A stretch of 13,657 nucleotides of DNA from Candidatus Eiseniibacteriota bacterium. GTDB lineage: Bacteria > ARS69. Position numbers and translations under genes: made by a program. Position 1 is the first letter of the stretch; every line of letters begins with the position of its first letter. Below the pieces are notes generated by a model. It searched no databases. It was not told the origin of the DNA and saw nothing but the letters and a program-made list of their open reading frames with translations. Below are positions 1 through 7,356 of the stretch, in pieces. The DNA lies in NCBI GenBank assembly GCA_052390515.1, contig JBQTGV010000192.1, positions 1-13,657 of the forward strand, written 5' to 3'.

Positions 1-220
1 CGCCGGCCGCCGCGCGTACCGCAGCCTCCGCGTCGTGCACGCCGGTGGCGTGCTGGAGGGAGCCGGCCACGGCCTCTTCGAGCGTCAGGTCTTCGCCCCG
101 GATCCCCTCGAGCGCCGCGGCCAGGGCGCTGTCAGGGTTGGAGATCTGCGCGGACGCGGCCCCGGCGGCCGATCCGACGGCGATGGCGGCAAACGCCGCG
201 AGGAGACGCGGTGCGGTCAC
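1..220 (-). CDS. 5' part of a probable TolC-family outer-membrane efflux protein (runs off the left edge)
   Basis: Absent from the ORF track because it has no stop in the window. Translation from GTG at 220: MTAPRLLAAFAAIAVGSAAGAASA|QISNPDSALAAALEGIRGEDLTLEEAVAGSLQHATGVHDAEAAVRAAAG. Signal peptide ending ASA-Q, then LTLEEAVA, typical of the N-terminus of outer-membrane efflux proteins. Upstream in-frame stop at 284-286. Confidence 0.6.
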   Translation of the reverse strand, partial: MTAPRLLAAFAAIAVGSAAGAASAQISNPDSALAAALEGIRGEDLTLEEAVAGSLQHATGVHDAEAAVRAAAG

Positions 221-398
221 TTCGGCGAACCCCCGGAGCCGAGCCGGAGCGGTGTCTTCCGATTCCCCCGAGGGGGCGATGGCCTACGGGTGCCAGGATA
301 CGCCACAAAGGGTGAATCGGGCAGTGCGGGGAGGGTTTTCTCGGCGAAAGGCCCCCAAGCGGCGGCTGACGGGCCGTGGAGTGGGGTCAGTGCGACCG

Positions 399-2006
399 TC
401 ACGGGGCCTCGAAGAGCCCCGACACGTACGGGGGAAGCCCTTGCGGCGCGGGGTGCGGCGAGTGGAGGAGGAGCAACACCTCGCGCTGTCCCTCGAACTC
501 GAGGTCGGCCCGCCAGACGAGCTCAAACGCCTCGGGCGGGCCGGGGATCTGCGCCTCGACCGGTCCGTGGCGCGGGGTCAGCACGAGCAGGTAGTCGGCG
601 GCGCTGGCGGCATCGAACACGCGCCGCTCCGGGATCAGGCCGTCCGGCCCGGCGTTCGACTTGCCGTGGACCCGCATCCAGCCGAGCGAGACCGACCAGT
701 TGTGGCGATAGGACGCGAGCTGCTCGTAGACGTAGGCATGCGCGGCGAAGGGCGGAGCGCCGCCGGCGAAGGAGACGAGCCGCGGCGGCCGGCTCGGGCG
801 CGGATCCCGCGCGGCCCAGTGGAGCCGCAGCGCCTCCCCCGCCTGCAGCAGCGCCGGCACGAACTGCCGCGAGTACGAGCGGACACCCACGGCGCGGTAC
901 TCCCCGATCGGGACGAGGCCGTTCAGGGACCGCCGGTCGAACTCGATCACGTGCACGACCTGGAAGAGCAGCAGCGCCACCGCCGTCCCCAGGAAGGCGG
1001 GCCGCGGCAAGGACCGGTCGGCGCCGGAGAGACGCGTGAGGAGCAGGACCATCACACCGAGGAAGGGCACGAAGAACCGGAAGCCGAACATCATGTGGGT
1101 CGTCGCCATGCCCATCGAGTAGACGAGCGTCGCGAGCAGCCCGGCGAGCACGGCCACGGCTTCCAGCGAAGGGCGCGCGAGCACCGGGGCATCCGCAGCG
1201 CCATTGCGCCGGCGCAGCTTCCCGACGAGCGCCGCCACGGCGAGCGGGATGACCCCGGACGCCACGAGCCAGGCCGCGACATACAGGCCGTTCTTGGTGA
1301 GCATCGGCACCGAGTAGACCGGCGCCTTCAAGTACGCCGACGTCGGCAGGATCTCGCCGTAGGTGTGCTTCGCGAAGAGCAGCCAGGCGGCCGGCGCGGC
1401 GGCGCCCAGGAGGACGGTGCCGAGGATCGGAACGATGCGCCGGACCCGCGACCAGGAGTGGACGACGAGCGGCGCGGCGAAGAAGGCGGCGTCATGGCGG
1501 GTCAGGAACATGAGTCCGGCCGTGAGGTGAACAACCGCCATCCGCCGCGCGTTCCATGGCTCGGGCGCCAGCGTGCGCTCCGCAAGCAGGGTGGCGAGAA
1601 GGAAGAGGTACGGCGTCTCGAGGCCGCCCCACGTCCAGAGGATCACCGCCGGCGACGCGATCACGACGGTGGCCCAGCCGAGGCGCGCGCCCGACGTCGG
1701 AGTGGTTCGCCGCAGGGCGATCCACGCGGCCACCAGCATCGCCGCCAGGGAGAGCGCCTTGTTCGCCGGGACGATCGCCTTCGTGACGGCGTGCAGCGCG
1801 GCCTCGAGCAACGCGTGCAGCGGTGACGTCAGCGCGGAAACGTGCTCGCCGGTGTTGAACGAGAGCGTGCCGGACTCGACGAGATTCCGGGCGTGCAGCG
1901 CGGTGATGTACGCGTCCTCCGCCGTGAACGGGGCGAAGCGCCACGAGGCGACGACGAAGACGAGCACGGCGGCGCCGAGCGCTATGCGGGTGGCGTGACG
2001 CTTCAT
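399..2006 (-). CDS. Polytopic membrane protein, probable GT-C superfamily glycosyltransferase (535 aa)
   Basis: N-terminal TM helix followed by AEDAYITALHARNLVESG..FNTGEHVSALTSPL (DDAYI..ARNL...FN.GE....TSPL-type loop), then GGLETP, LTRHDA, YGEILPTSAYLK and FRFFVP, with many hydrophobic segments. Substrate cannot be assigned. Confidence 0.72.
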   Translation of the reverse strand: MKRHATRIALGAAVLVFVVASWRFAPFTAEDAYITALHARNLVESGTLSFNTGEHVSALTSPLHALLEAALHAVTKAIVPANKALSLAAMLVAAWIALRRTTPTSGARLGWATVVIASPAVILWTWGGLETPYLFLLATLLAERTLAPEPWNARRMAVVHLTAGLMFLTRHDAAFFAAPLVVHSWSRVRRIVPILGTVLLGAAAPAAWLLFAKHTYGEILPTSAYLKAPVYSVPMLTKNGLYVAAWLVASGVIPLAVAALVGKLRRRNGAADAPVLARPSLEAVAVLAGLLATLVYSMGMATTHMMFGFRFFVPFLGVMVLLLTRLSGADRSLPRPAFLGTAVALLLFQVVHVIEFDRRSLNGLVPIGEYRAVGVRSYSRQFVPALLQAGEALRLHWAARDPRPSRPPRLVSFAGGAPPFAAHAYVYEQLASYRHNWSVSLGWMRVHGKSNAGPDGLIPERRVFDAASAADYLLVLTPRHGPVEAQIPGPPEAFELVWRADLEFEGQREVLLLLHSPHPAPQGLPPYVSGLFEAP

Positions 2007-2090
2007 CGGGAGATCGTAGAAAGGGATTGCGCGAGCGTCGAGACGCTACCGGCGCGGCGCGGCCGGCGGCTCTGTCAAAAAAGGTCTACG

Positions 2091-2804
2091 TCAACGCTCG
2101 TCGGAGAGGCGGCTCGCCTCCAGCAGCACGTGGGTCACGGTGGACTCGATCGTGTGCGTCTTGGCGGCCACGTTGGGCTCGAAGCGGAAGGTCCCGGATT
2201 CCGTGCGGGTGACGGCGACGGCGGCCTCGAAGCCGGAGGCGGCGCCGGATTCCGCGTGCACGGGCCGGCCGCCTTCGAGCCAGAGCTTCCCCGGCGAGGA
2301 CGAGCCCTCGACGGTGAGCAGCCCGGTGTGACAGCCGAGCTCCAGCATCTGCAGAACCGCGAAGGGCGGGATGTGGGCGAAGCTCCCGCGGAGCCCCTCG
2401 GAGCGCGGCGGCAGCGGCCCGATGATCATGGTGCGGTCGACGCTGCCGCGGCTCACCGACTCGGCCATGGCGGCCTCCACGTGGCAGAAGGTCACGGTGG
2501 CGTCACCGATGCCGATGCGGTCACCAGGAGAGAGCCGGTACTTCCCGGTGATCTTCTCACCGTTGACGAAGGTGCCGTTGGTGCTGCCGAGGTCTCGGAT
2601 CCAGAACCGCTCGCCGTCGCCGTGGACGGCGGCGTGGCTGCGGGAGGCGCGGGCGGAGTCCACCGGGACATCGCAGCTCGGAGCGCGGCCGATGACGATG
2701 CCGCGCCGGCCGTCCAGCCGCAGCGGGGGCCGCGGCGGGGCGAAGAGCATGGCGGTCGGCGCCGGGCCAGGCGCGGGCCGGCGGGGGGTCTCGGGCATGC
2801 CCAT
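2091..2804 (-). CDS. FHA domain + DUF4388 domain protein (start could be 2804, 2798 or 2750)
   Basis: FHA motifs IGRAPSCD, ASRSHA, DLGSTNGTFVNG, LSPGDRIGIG. C-terminal LRGSFAHIPPFAVLQML..TGLLTV..GKLWLEGGRPVHA..GTFRF..VLLEASRLSDE fits DUF4388 (PatA_N-like). Confidence 0.9.
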   Translation of the reverse strand: MGMPETPRRPAPGPAPTAMLFAPPRPPLRLDGRRGIVIGRAPSCDVPVDSARASRSHAAVHGDGERFWIRDLGSTNGTFVNGEKITGKYRLSPGDRIGIGDATVTFCHVEAAMAESVSRGSVDRTMIIGPLPPRSEGLRGSFAHIPPFAVLQMLELGCHTGLLTVEGSSSPGKLWLEGGRPVHAESGAASGFEAAVAVTRTESGTFRFEPNVAAKTHTIESTVTHVLLEASRLSDER

Positions 2805-2957
2805 CGGTCGGCAGGGCGAGGCTCGGGCTGGAGTCCAGGAGACCCGGGCGAAGCCGAGGTGCGAGCGGACGGGTTCTCCCCGCCGATTCCGGGGGGTCTA
2901 GGCTCGCGTAGTGGCAGCCGCCGGGATGCCTCTCGGGTCCGGCTCCCAGGAGTGTTC

Positions 2958-2986
2958 TTGACGTTCGACCACGCGGCCGGTAGGTT
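2958..2986 (+). promoter_or_regulatory. Sigma70-type promoter of the tRNA gene
   Basis: TTGACG (2958-2963), 17-bp spacer, TAGGTT (2981-2986), ending 11 nt before the tRNA 5' end. Confidence 0.7.
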
Positions 2987-2997
2987 CCCTCGCACAT

Positions 2998-3074
<77 letters not shown>

Positions 3075-3080
3075 ATCTCG

Positions 3081-3113
3081 GAGGGCCCGGAAGTCGCGTA
3101 CTTCCGGGCCTTT
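3081..3113 (+). terminator. Probable intrinsic terminator hairpin after the tRNA
   Basis: Perfect 11-bp stem GGCCCGGAAGT (3084-3094) / ACTTCCGGGCC (3100-3110), 5-nt loop, followed by TTT. The U-tract is short. Confidence 0.62.
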
Positions 3114-3155
3114 GCGCGTCCGGGGCGACGCCGGCGCGGGGGCGCAAAAACGGCC

Positions 3156-3174
3156 GTCTCCACAATGTCTCCAC
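3156..3174. repeat. Tandem direct repeat GTCTCCAC-N3-GTCTCCAC, candidate integrase arm-type binding sites
   Basis: GTCTCCAC at 3156-3163 and 3167-3174 (11-bp period), about 80 bp from the tRNA 3' end. Function inferred from position. Confidence 0.5.
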
Positions 3175-3364
3175 TAACTCGGTGCTGATGGGGGACTGCA
3201 CCCCGGCAAGGCAAGAAGGAGAGCTGGCGACACCTCGGCCGACATTGGCCGAGGTCTGCAACTCCGCAGAAGTGCGTAGGGACCCGCCCCGGTCCGCGAG
3301 ACAAGCCCAAATGGCCAGCCGAACGCGCGGCAGGCCGCATTGGCGAAGTCCCGACTCCCACTGG

Positions 3365-4888
3365 CTACCCCGTTGCCACCCCGAGTTCTTCGCCAATCCG
3401 ATCCACGGCGGTTCCGATTTCCGGCGTGCGCGCAACGAGTCCGATAAGATGGTCACCGTATCGACCTTCGCGGAGCGTATCCGTTGTGTCCCACACTGCG
3501 TCGAGCAACGGCGTGCGTCCCACCGACCAGCGTGAGATGCCAACATACCTGCTAAGTGACGCTTGGCGAAGGAACCTCTCCAACCGCGCGGGCTCGGCGC
3601 CCGCCTGGAAAAGTGAGGCCGCGTATGTGCCGGATCGGTCAAAGAAGACCTCAATCGACCTGTCCTCCCCCTTCCACCCGAAGAGCCGACTGACGATCGG
3701 AGCCAAGTCCATTGACGCAGAGAACACCTCATCTGCTGTAGTGCGGAGTTTCGGATATAGCGGCGCAAGACCATGTGTCACATCCTGAGTGTCGACGGTC
3801 CCATCCGGGAACTCGATGCTGATGCGTAGCTTAGCGCCGTCGACGTCGAGGCGCGCACGAGCGTACGGCCCGAGGCGGTCGTCGTGGACATAGACCTGGT
3901 CGAAGCCGAGGTTCCCGGCTCTGAACTCGACTGAACCCTCCTCCTCCAAGTGAAGCGGGATTCGAGGCAGGTCGGATGCCGCCTCACGGAAGCCCACGAC
4001 GGTAACGGCGTGTCCGTCCCGCTGGCCGGAAGAGATGGCGAGCAGTACTGGAATCCCGGATCGCACGTAGCACTGAAGTAGCAAGAGGAACCAGACGGGA
4101 GCATCCCCGACGCGAAACAGCGCAGGAGGGAACCCGAATCCCCTGAATGCCTCACAGATCTGCTCGATTGTCAGCCCTGACGACGGGAAGGGTCTCCCTT
4201 CCGGGAGATAGTGGCGAACGGCAGCTTCTGTAATCGCTGACGGTGTCGGCGCGCGGCCGCCGTCCCGCCTGCAAACACGCTGCAGCGCCGTCCAGATGGC
4301 CGTCGTCGCGCAAGCACCGACGGCGCGATCCTGCTGCTGGAATGGGACGCCATCGACGGACAGTTCGAACCCCATCAAATGGGCGTGGCTCGCTAGTGTG
4401 GTGGGAAACTGTCGATTCCCGCTGTCGCCGCGCGGTCGGAGAATGGTGCGACCGATCGGAACCGAGGGGATCGGTCGAACCACTATGAATCCCAAATAGT
4501 TCTGCTGCAACCGACTCTGGACTTCATCGAACGAACCCGTCGCGGCCGACCGAATCAACGAGGCCAGTTCCTCGTCGTCGAGCATCTCGGTAAACACATG
4601 GATGCGCGTGCACCAGTTCGGATAGCTACTCAAGCACCGTGAGTAGTAGAGCGCGACCTCCTCGATGAAGTGCCTGTCGATGTAGTGGTCTTCTACGACG
4701 AGTGAGGCCGCATCAAGATCCTCAAGGTACGCTCCGAGGTACTGCGTCTGAACCCCAATGTCAGCACCCGACTCCGTCTCCGCGCCCCTGGCGTGTTGAA
4801 CGACGCGTCGGAACGCATCTGCCGAGAACGGGATGCACCGGACATTGTTCCTCTTTTGTTGCGCGAGGACTTCCTGCCGCACCGTCAC
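3365..4888 (-). CDS. Putative cytoplasmic C39/papain-fold cysteine peptidase-like protein (507 aa)
   Basis: Ordered catalytic-type motifs FQQQDRAVGACATTAIW (Gln/Cys), DGHAVTVVG (His), VYVHDDRLGPY (Asp). GTG start with GAGGGGGG at 4900-4893. No signal peptide. Confidence 0.75.
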   Translation of the reverse strand: MTVRQEVLAQQKRNNVRCIPFSADAFRRVVQHARGAETESGADIGVQTQYLGAYLEDLDAASLVVEDHYIDRHFIEEVALYYSRCLSSYPNWCTRIHVFTEMLDDEELASLIRSAATGSFDEVQSRLQQNYLGFIVVRPIPSVPIGRTILRPRGDSGNRQFPTTLASHAHLMGFELSVDGVPFQQQDRAVGACATTAIWTALQRVCRRDGGRAPTPSAITEAAVRHYLPEGRPFPSSGLTIEQICEAFRGFGFPPALFRVGDAPVWFLLLLQCYVRSGIPVLLAISSGQRDGHAVTVVGFREAASDLPRIPLHLEEEGSVEFRAGNLGFDQVYVHDDRLGPYARARLDVDGAKLRISIEFPDGTVDTQDVTHGLAPLYPKLRTTADEVFSASMDLAPIVSRLFGWKGEDRSIEVFFDRSGTYAASLFQAGAEPARLERFLRQASLSRYVGISRWSVGRTPLLDAVWDTTDTLREGRYGDHLIGLVARTPEIGTAVDRIGEELGVATG

Positions 4889-4898
4889 CGCGCCCCCC

Positions 4899-5078
4899 TC
4901 ATCTAAGTCGGACCTTCACGTCGCGCTCCTCGATGCGAAGAAGCGGATCGAGGGTCTTGCTGACGACGCGACGCAATTGGCGGCCTTCCGCGAGTAGCTC
5001 ACGAATGCGCTCTGCGTCGACCCGGTCCTTGCGATGCTCGGGTCTCTCTTCGTGGGGCCTCTCTCCTGTGCCTCGCAT
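4899..5078 (-). CDS. Small charged hypothetical protein (59 aa), first gene of a two-gene operon with the peptidase
   Basis: ATG at 5078 preceded by AGGAGAGG (5090-5083). MRGTGERPHEERPEHRKDRVDAERIRELLAEGRQLRRVVSKTLDPLLRIEERDVKVRLR. Its TGA overlaps the RBS of the peptidase, which starts 10 nt later. Confidence 0.6.
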   Translation of the reverse strand: MRGTGERPHEERPEHRKDRVDAERIRELLAEGRQLRRVVSKTLDPLLRIEERDVKVRLR

Positions 5079-5337
5079 GACACCTCTCCTCGGCGAAACC
5101 AACGTCCAAAACCCGCAACCAATGAGGTTGACCGGGTTTCAAAGCTGGAACCCGCATTACCGACAAGGAAACGGTACGCGTCCGATCACGCGCCGACGAA
5201 CCCCGTTGGACAGGGCCATACGCCGCTGAGTGCGCCGCAGACCCTTTCCCGGAGGATGGGGGTTCTTGCTTCATACACAGACGGCTTCCCTTATGACGAG
5301 AAGCGGCCCGCTAACCAAGGCGGGCGTAGAGTGGCCC

Positions 5338-5372
5338 GAAACCGGTAACCTGTCAAGAGGATACCCGGTTTC
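5338..5372. promoter_or_regulatory. Imperfect inverted repeat enclosing a minus-strand TTGACA (possible operator/promoter)
   Basis: GAAACCGGTAACCT-GTCAAG-AGGATACCCGGTTTC. TGTCAA at 5351-5356 reads TTGACA toward the small ORF/peptidase operon, but the -10 at 17 bp (CACTCT) is poor. Confidence 0.3.
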
Positions 5373-5405
5373 CACAGTTCCCCTGGCCCATCTGACAATC
5401 GCCGA

Positions 5406-5486
5406 TCACGCGACGAACCACGCCGGCCGTTCGGTCGCGCCTTCCGCCCACGTCTGTAGCGCATCGAGCAGCTCGCCGCGCTCAGC
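5406..5486 (-). pseudogene. Degenerate third copy of the TerL C-terminal coding segment
   Basis: AERGELLDALQTWAEGATERP aligns without gaps to ADHDDLFDALQTMVEGAIERP of copy 2 (13/21 identical by hand count), then AWFVA*. Confidence 0.55.
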
Positions 5487-5530
5487 GCCGACTGGGTCGG
5501 AAGCACGGGGAACCGTCTGAAAGAGTCGGG

Positions 5531-5719
5531 CTAGAAGCGACCCCACCACCGCCACGCCCACGGCATCGCGTCGGGGGCTGGGGCGTCGATGAAGATGAAC
5601 CCGCAGGACCCCGGCCGCTCGATGGCGCCCTCGACCATGGTCTGAAGCGCGTCGAAGAGATCGTCGTGGTCCGCGTTCGGGAACAGCACCAGCTCGTCCT
5701 GCAGCGCCATGTACGCGTC
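5531..5719 (-). pseudogene. Orphan second copy of the TerL 3' end (in-frame, own stop, different tail)
   Basis: 5624-5719 aligns ungapped to 5941-6036 with 80/96 identical nt (hand count). DAYMALQDELVLFPNADHDDLFDALQTMVEGA vs EAYTALQDELILFPNADHDDLIDGLQTAVEGA. Ends ...MPWAWRWWGRF*. Confidence 0.85.
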
Positions 5720-5726
5720 GAAGTGA

Positions 5727-5822
5727 CTGGGCTTGAATCCTACCGCTCGTTGGCAAGTCCCCGATGGTACCGTCCCCGTGGGGGCATCCAGCTTCGGCGC
5801 GATCAAGGCGGGCTACAAGTAG
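5727..5822 (+). pseudogene. 3' remnant of a probable secreted-protein gene ending in a PV..SS(W/F)GxIKxxY(R/K) C-terminal motif
   Basis: Reads LGLNPTARWQVPDGTVPVGASSFGAIKAGYK* (TAG 5820-5822), bounded upstream by TGA at 5724 next to the point where TerL copy-2 homology ends. Motif recognised from memory. Confidence 0.5.
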
Positions 5823-5828
5823 CCGCCT
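5806..5828. terminator. Hairpin spanning the convergent stops of terL and the plus-strand remnant
   Basis: AGGCGG(G)CTAC-AA-GTAGCCGCCT, near-perfect inverted repeat with one bulge. No clear U-tract. Confidence 0.35.
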
Positions 5829-7356
5829 ACCGCCCCCAGAACGGCCACGTGATGCGGTGGCGAGCCCACGGGTAGGGATCGTATTCCTCCACGGGGTCCG
5901 CACCGAAGATCCACACCCCGCACTCACCCGACCGGTCGAAGGCTCCCTCCACCGCCGTCTGAAGTCCGTCGATCAGGTCGTCGTGATCCGCATTCGGGAA
6001 CAGGATCAGCTCGTCCTGCAGCGCCGTGTACGCCTCCCGGTCGAGCTGCAGGTGCGGCGCCGGGAAGAGGATCTGCCCGTTCTCGAAGTAGCCCTGCAGG
6101 TCGTAGGCGCGCGACACCTTGTCCTTCGTCCGCTTGAGCCGCTTCACGCTCATCAGCTTCTCCAGGTCCTGCGCCAGGTACTCCTGCGCCGCCACGTCCT
6201 CCACGATCACCCGCCGCGGCTGGTAGCGCTCGTTCATGGCCACCAGTCGATTGACGTACTCCTGCTTGGCCACGCGGCCCCGCCAGACCTCCCGGATGAA
6301 GACCTCGCGTCCCAAGCCACCCGAGGCATCCTCCTCCTTGCGCCGCGCGCCCACCACGATGGTCCACCAGTCGGTCTCCGCCTTCCTCCCGGAGAGCACC
6401 ACCTCGGCCTTCGTCGCCGCCGGGTCGCAGCCGATCCAGTGCTCGAAGAGCTCCCACTCCTGCTGCTCCTCGTAGTAGCGGAACCACGCTTCGCGGAAGA
6501 TGTCGCCCTTCATCAGCTCCACGTCGTTCTGGTACTGGGTGGCGAAGATGGCCGAGCCCATCTGCCGGCGGCGCTCCTCCAACCACTCGATGCTGAACTT
6601 CTCCGGCCAGGGCGTCGCACCGTCCGAGTCGATGGCCCGGATCACCTGGTGCCGTTCCTCGAACTCGTTCTTGATCAGGTGCCCGTAGAGATCGAGGTAG
6701 TGGTAGCGCGTGCCGACGAGGAAGAGCCGGCCCTCCGGCTCGAGACACGGCAGCAGCGTCTTGTAGTACCAGGTCCGCACCTTCTCGCGCTGTCCCTCGG
6801 TGCGCGCGTTCTCCTCGTCCACCAGGTCGTCCGCGATAATCAGGTCGTAGTGGCGCGACGCCACCGGACCACCGACGCCGACACAGGTGACCGTCGCCTC
6901 CTTGGCGGAGGAGGTGCGCGGCTTCACCAGGATCTCGCGCGCGTCCCACTTGGACTCGTCCTCGTAGCGCCCGAAGGCGGCGATCAGCCGCTCGTTCACG
7001 CCTAAGTGGAACTTGATCTCGCGCAGGAACACCTCGGCCTGGAGCTGCGTGTTGGACGCGATGAGGACGCGGATGTTCGGGTTGCGCAGGATCTCGAAGA
7101 CCGCGCGCGCGATGGTCAGGATCGTCGACTTGCCGTAGCCGCGGGGCGCGAGCTGCAGGCAAGCGTCCTTGGTGCTCTCCTGGAAGGCGAGCATCTCGGC
7201 GTGGAAGGGGCGAAGCTCGTAGCGGAGGATCGAAGTCGCGAGGAGATCGATGCGGCCCTCATCGAGGACCTCGCGGCGGAGCACCTCGCGGCGGAGGGAG
7301 CGGAGCTTGGCGAGGGACTCGGCCACCGCTTGCTGGTCGCCAGCGAGCATGCTCAC
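5827..7356 (-). CDS. terL: Phage terminase large subunit (Terminase_6-like ATPase + RNase H-fold nuclease, 509 aa)
   Basis: Walker A APRGYGKST, Walker B DLIIADD, coupling motif VGTRYH, linker WPEKFSIEWLEERRRQMGSAIFATQYQN, nuclease motifs IGCDPA, VIVED and FPNADHDDLID. GTG start overlaps the upstream stop (GTGA); ATG at 7350 is an alternative. Confidence 0.92.
   Translation of the reverse strand: MSMLAGDQQAVAESLAKLRSLRREVLRREVLDEGRIDLLATSILRYELRPFHAEMLAFQESTKDACLQLAPRGYGKSTILTIARAVFEILRNPNIRVLIASNTQLQAEVFLREIKFHLGVNERLIAAFGRYEDESKWDAREILVKPRTSSAKEATVTCVGVGGPVASRHYDLIIADDLVDEENARTEGQREKVRTWYYKTLLPCLEPEGRLFLVGTRYHYLDLYGHLIKNEFEERHQVIRAIDSDGATPWPEKFSIEWLEERRRQMGSAIFATQYQNDVELMKGDIFREAWFRYYEEQQEWELFEHWIGCDPAATKAEVVLSGRKAETDWWTIVVGARRKEEDASGGLGREVFIREVWRGRVAKQEYVNRLVAMNERYQPRRVIVEDVAAQEYLAQDLEKLMSVKRLKRTKDKVSRAYDLQGYFENGQILFPAPHLQLDREAYTALQDELILFPNADHDDLIDGLQTAVEGAFDRSGECGVWIFGADPVEEYDPYPWARHRITWPFWGR

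Noticed and set aside
2043-2078. Minus-strand TTGACA (2078-2073) as a promoter for the membrane-protein gene
   Set aside because: The only -10-like hexamer (TAGCGT) is 24 bp away, too far for a sigma70 promoter.
5511-5528. Possible fourth terL micro-fragment (TTCAGACGG on the minus strand)
   Set aside because: Only about 9 nt match; not distinguishable from chance.
5531-5806. The 91-aa track ORF as a real full-length gene
   Set aside because: Its first 29 codons, from a TTG start, are antisense to the plus-strand remnant; only the part from about 5719 is TerL-like.
5531-6036. Diversity-generating retroelement (TR/VR pair) as the explanation for the terL repeat
   Set aside because: Mismatches are not adenine-specific (several are C/G swaps, many at third codon positions) and there is no reverse transcriptase in the window.
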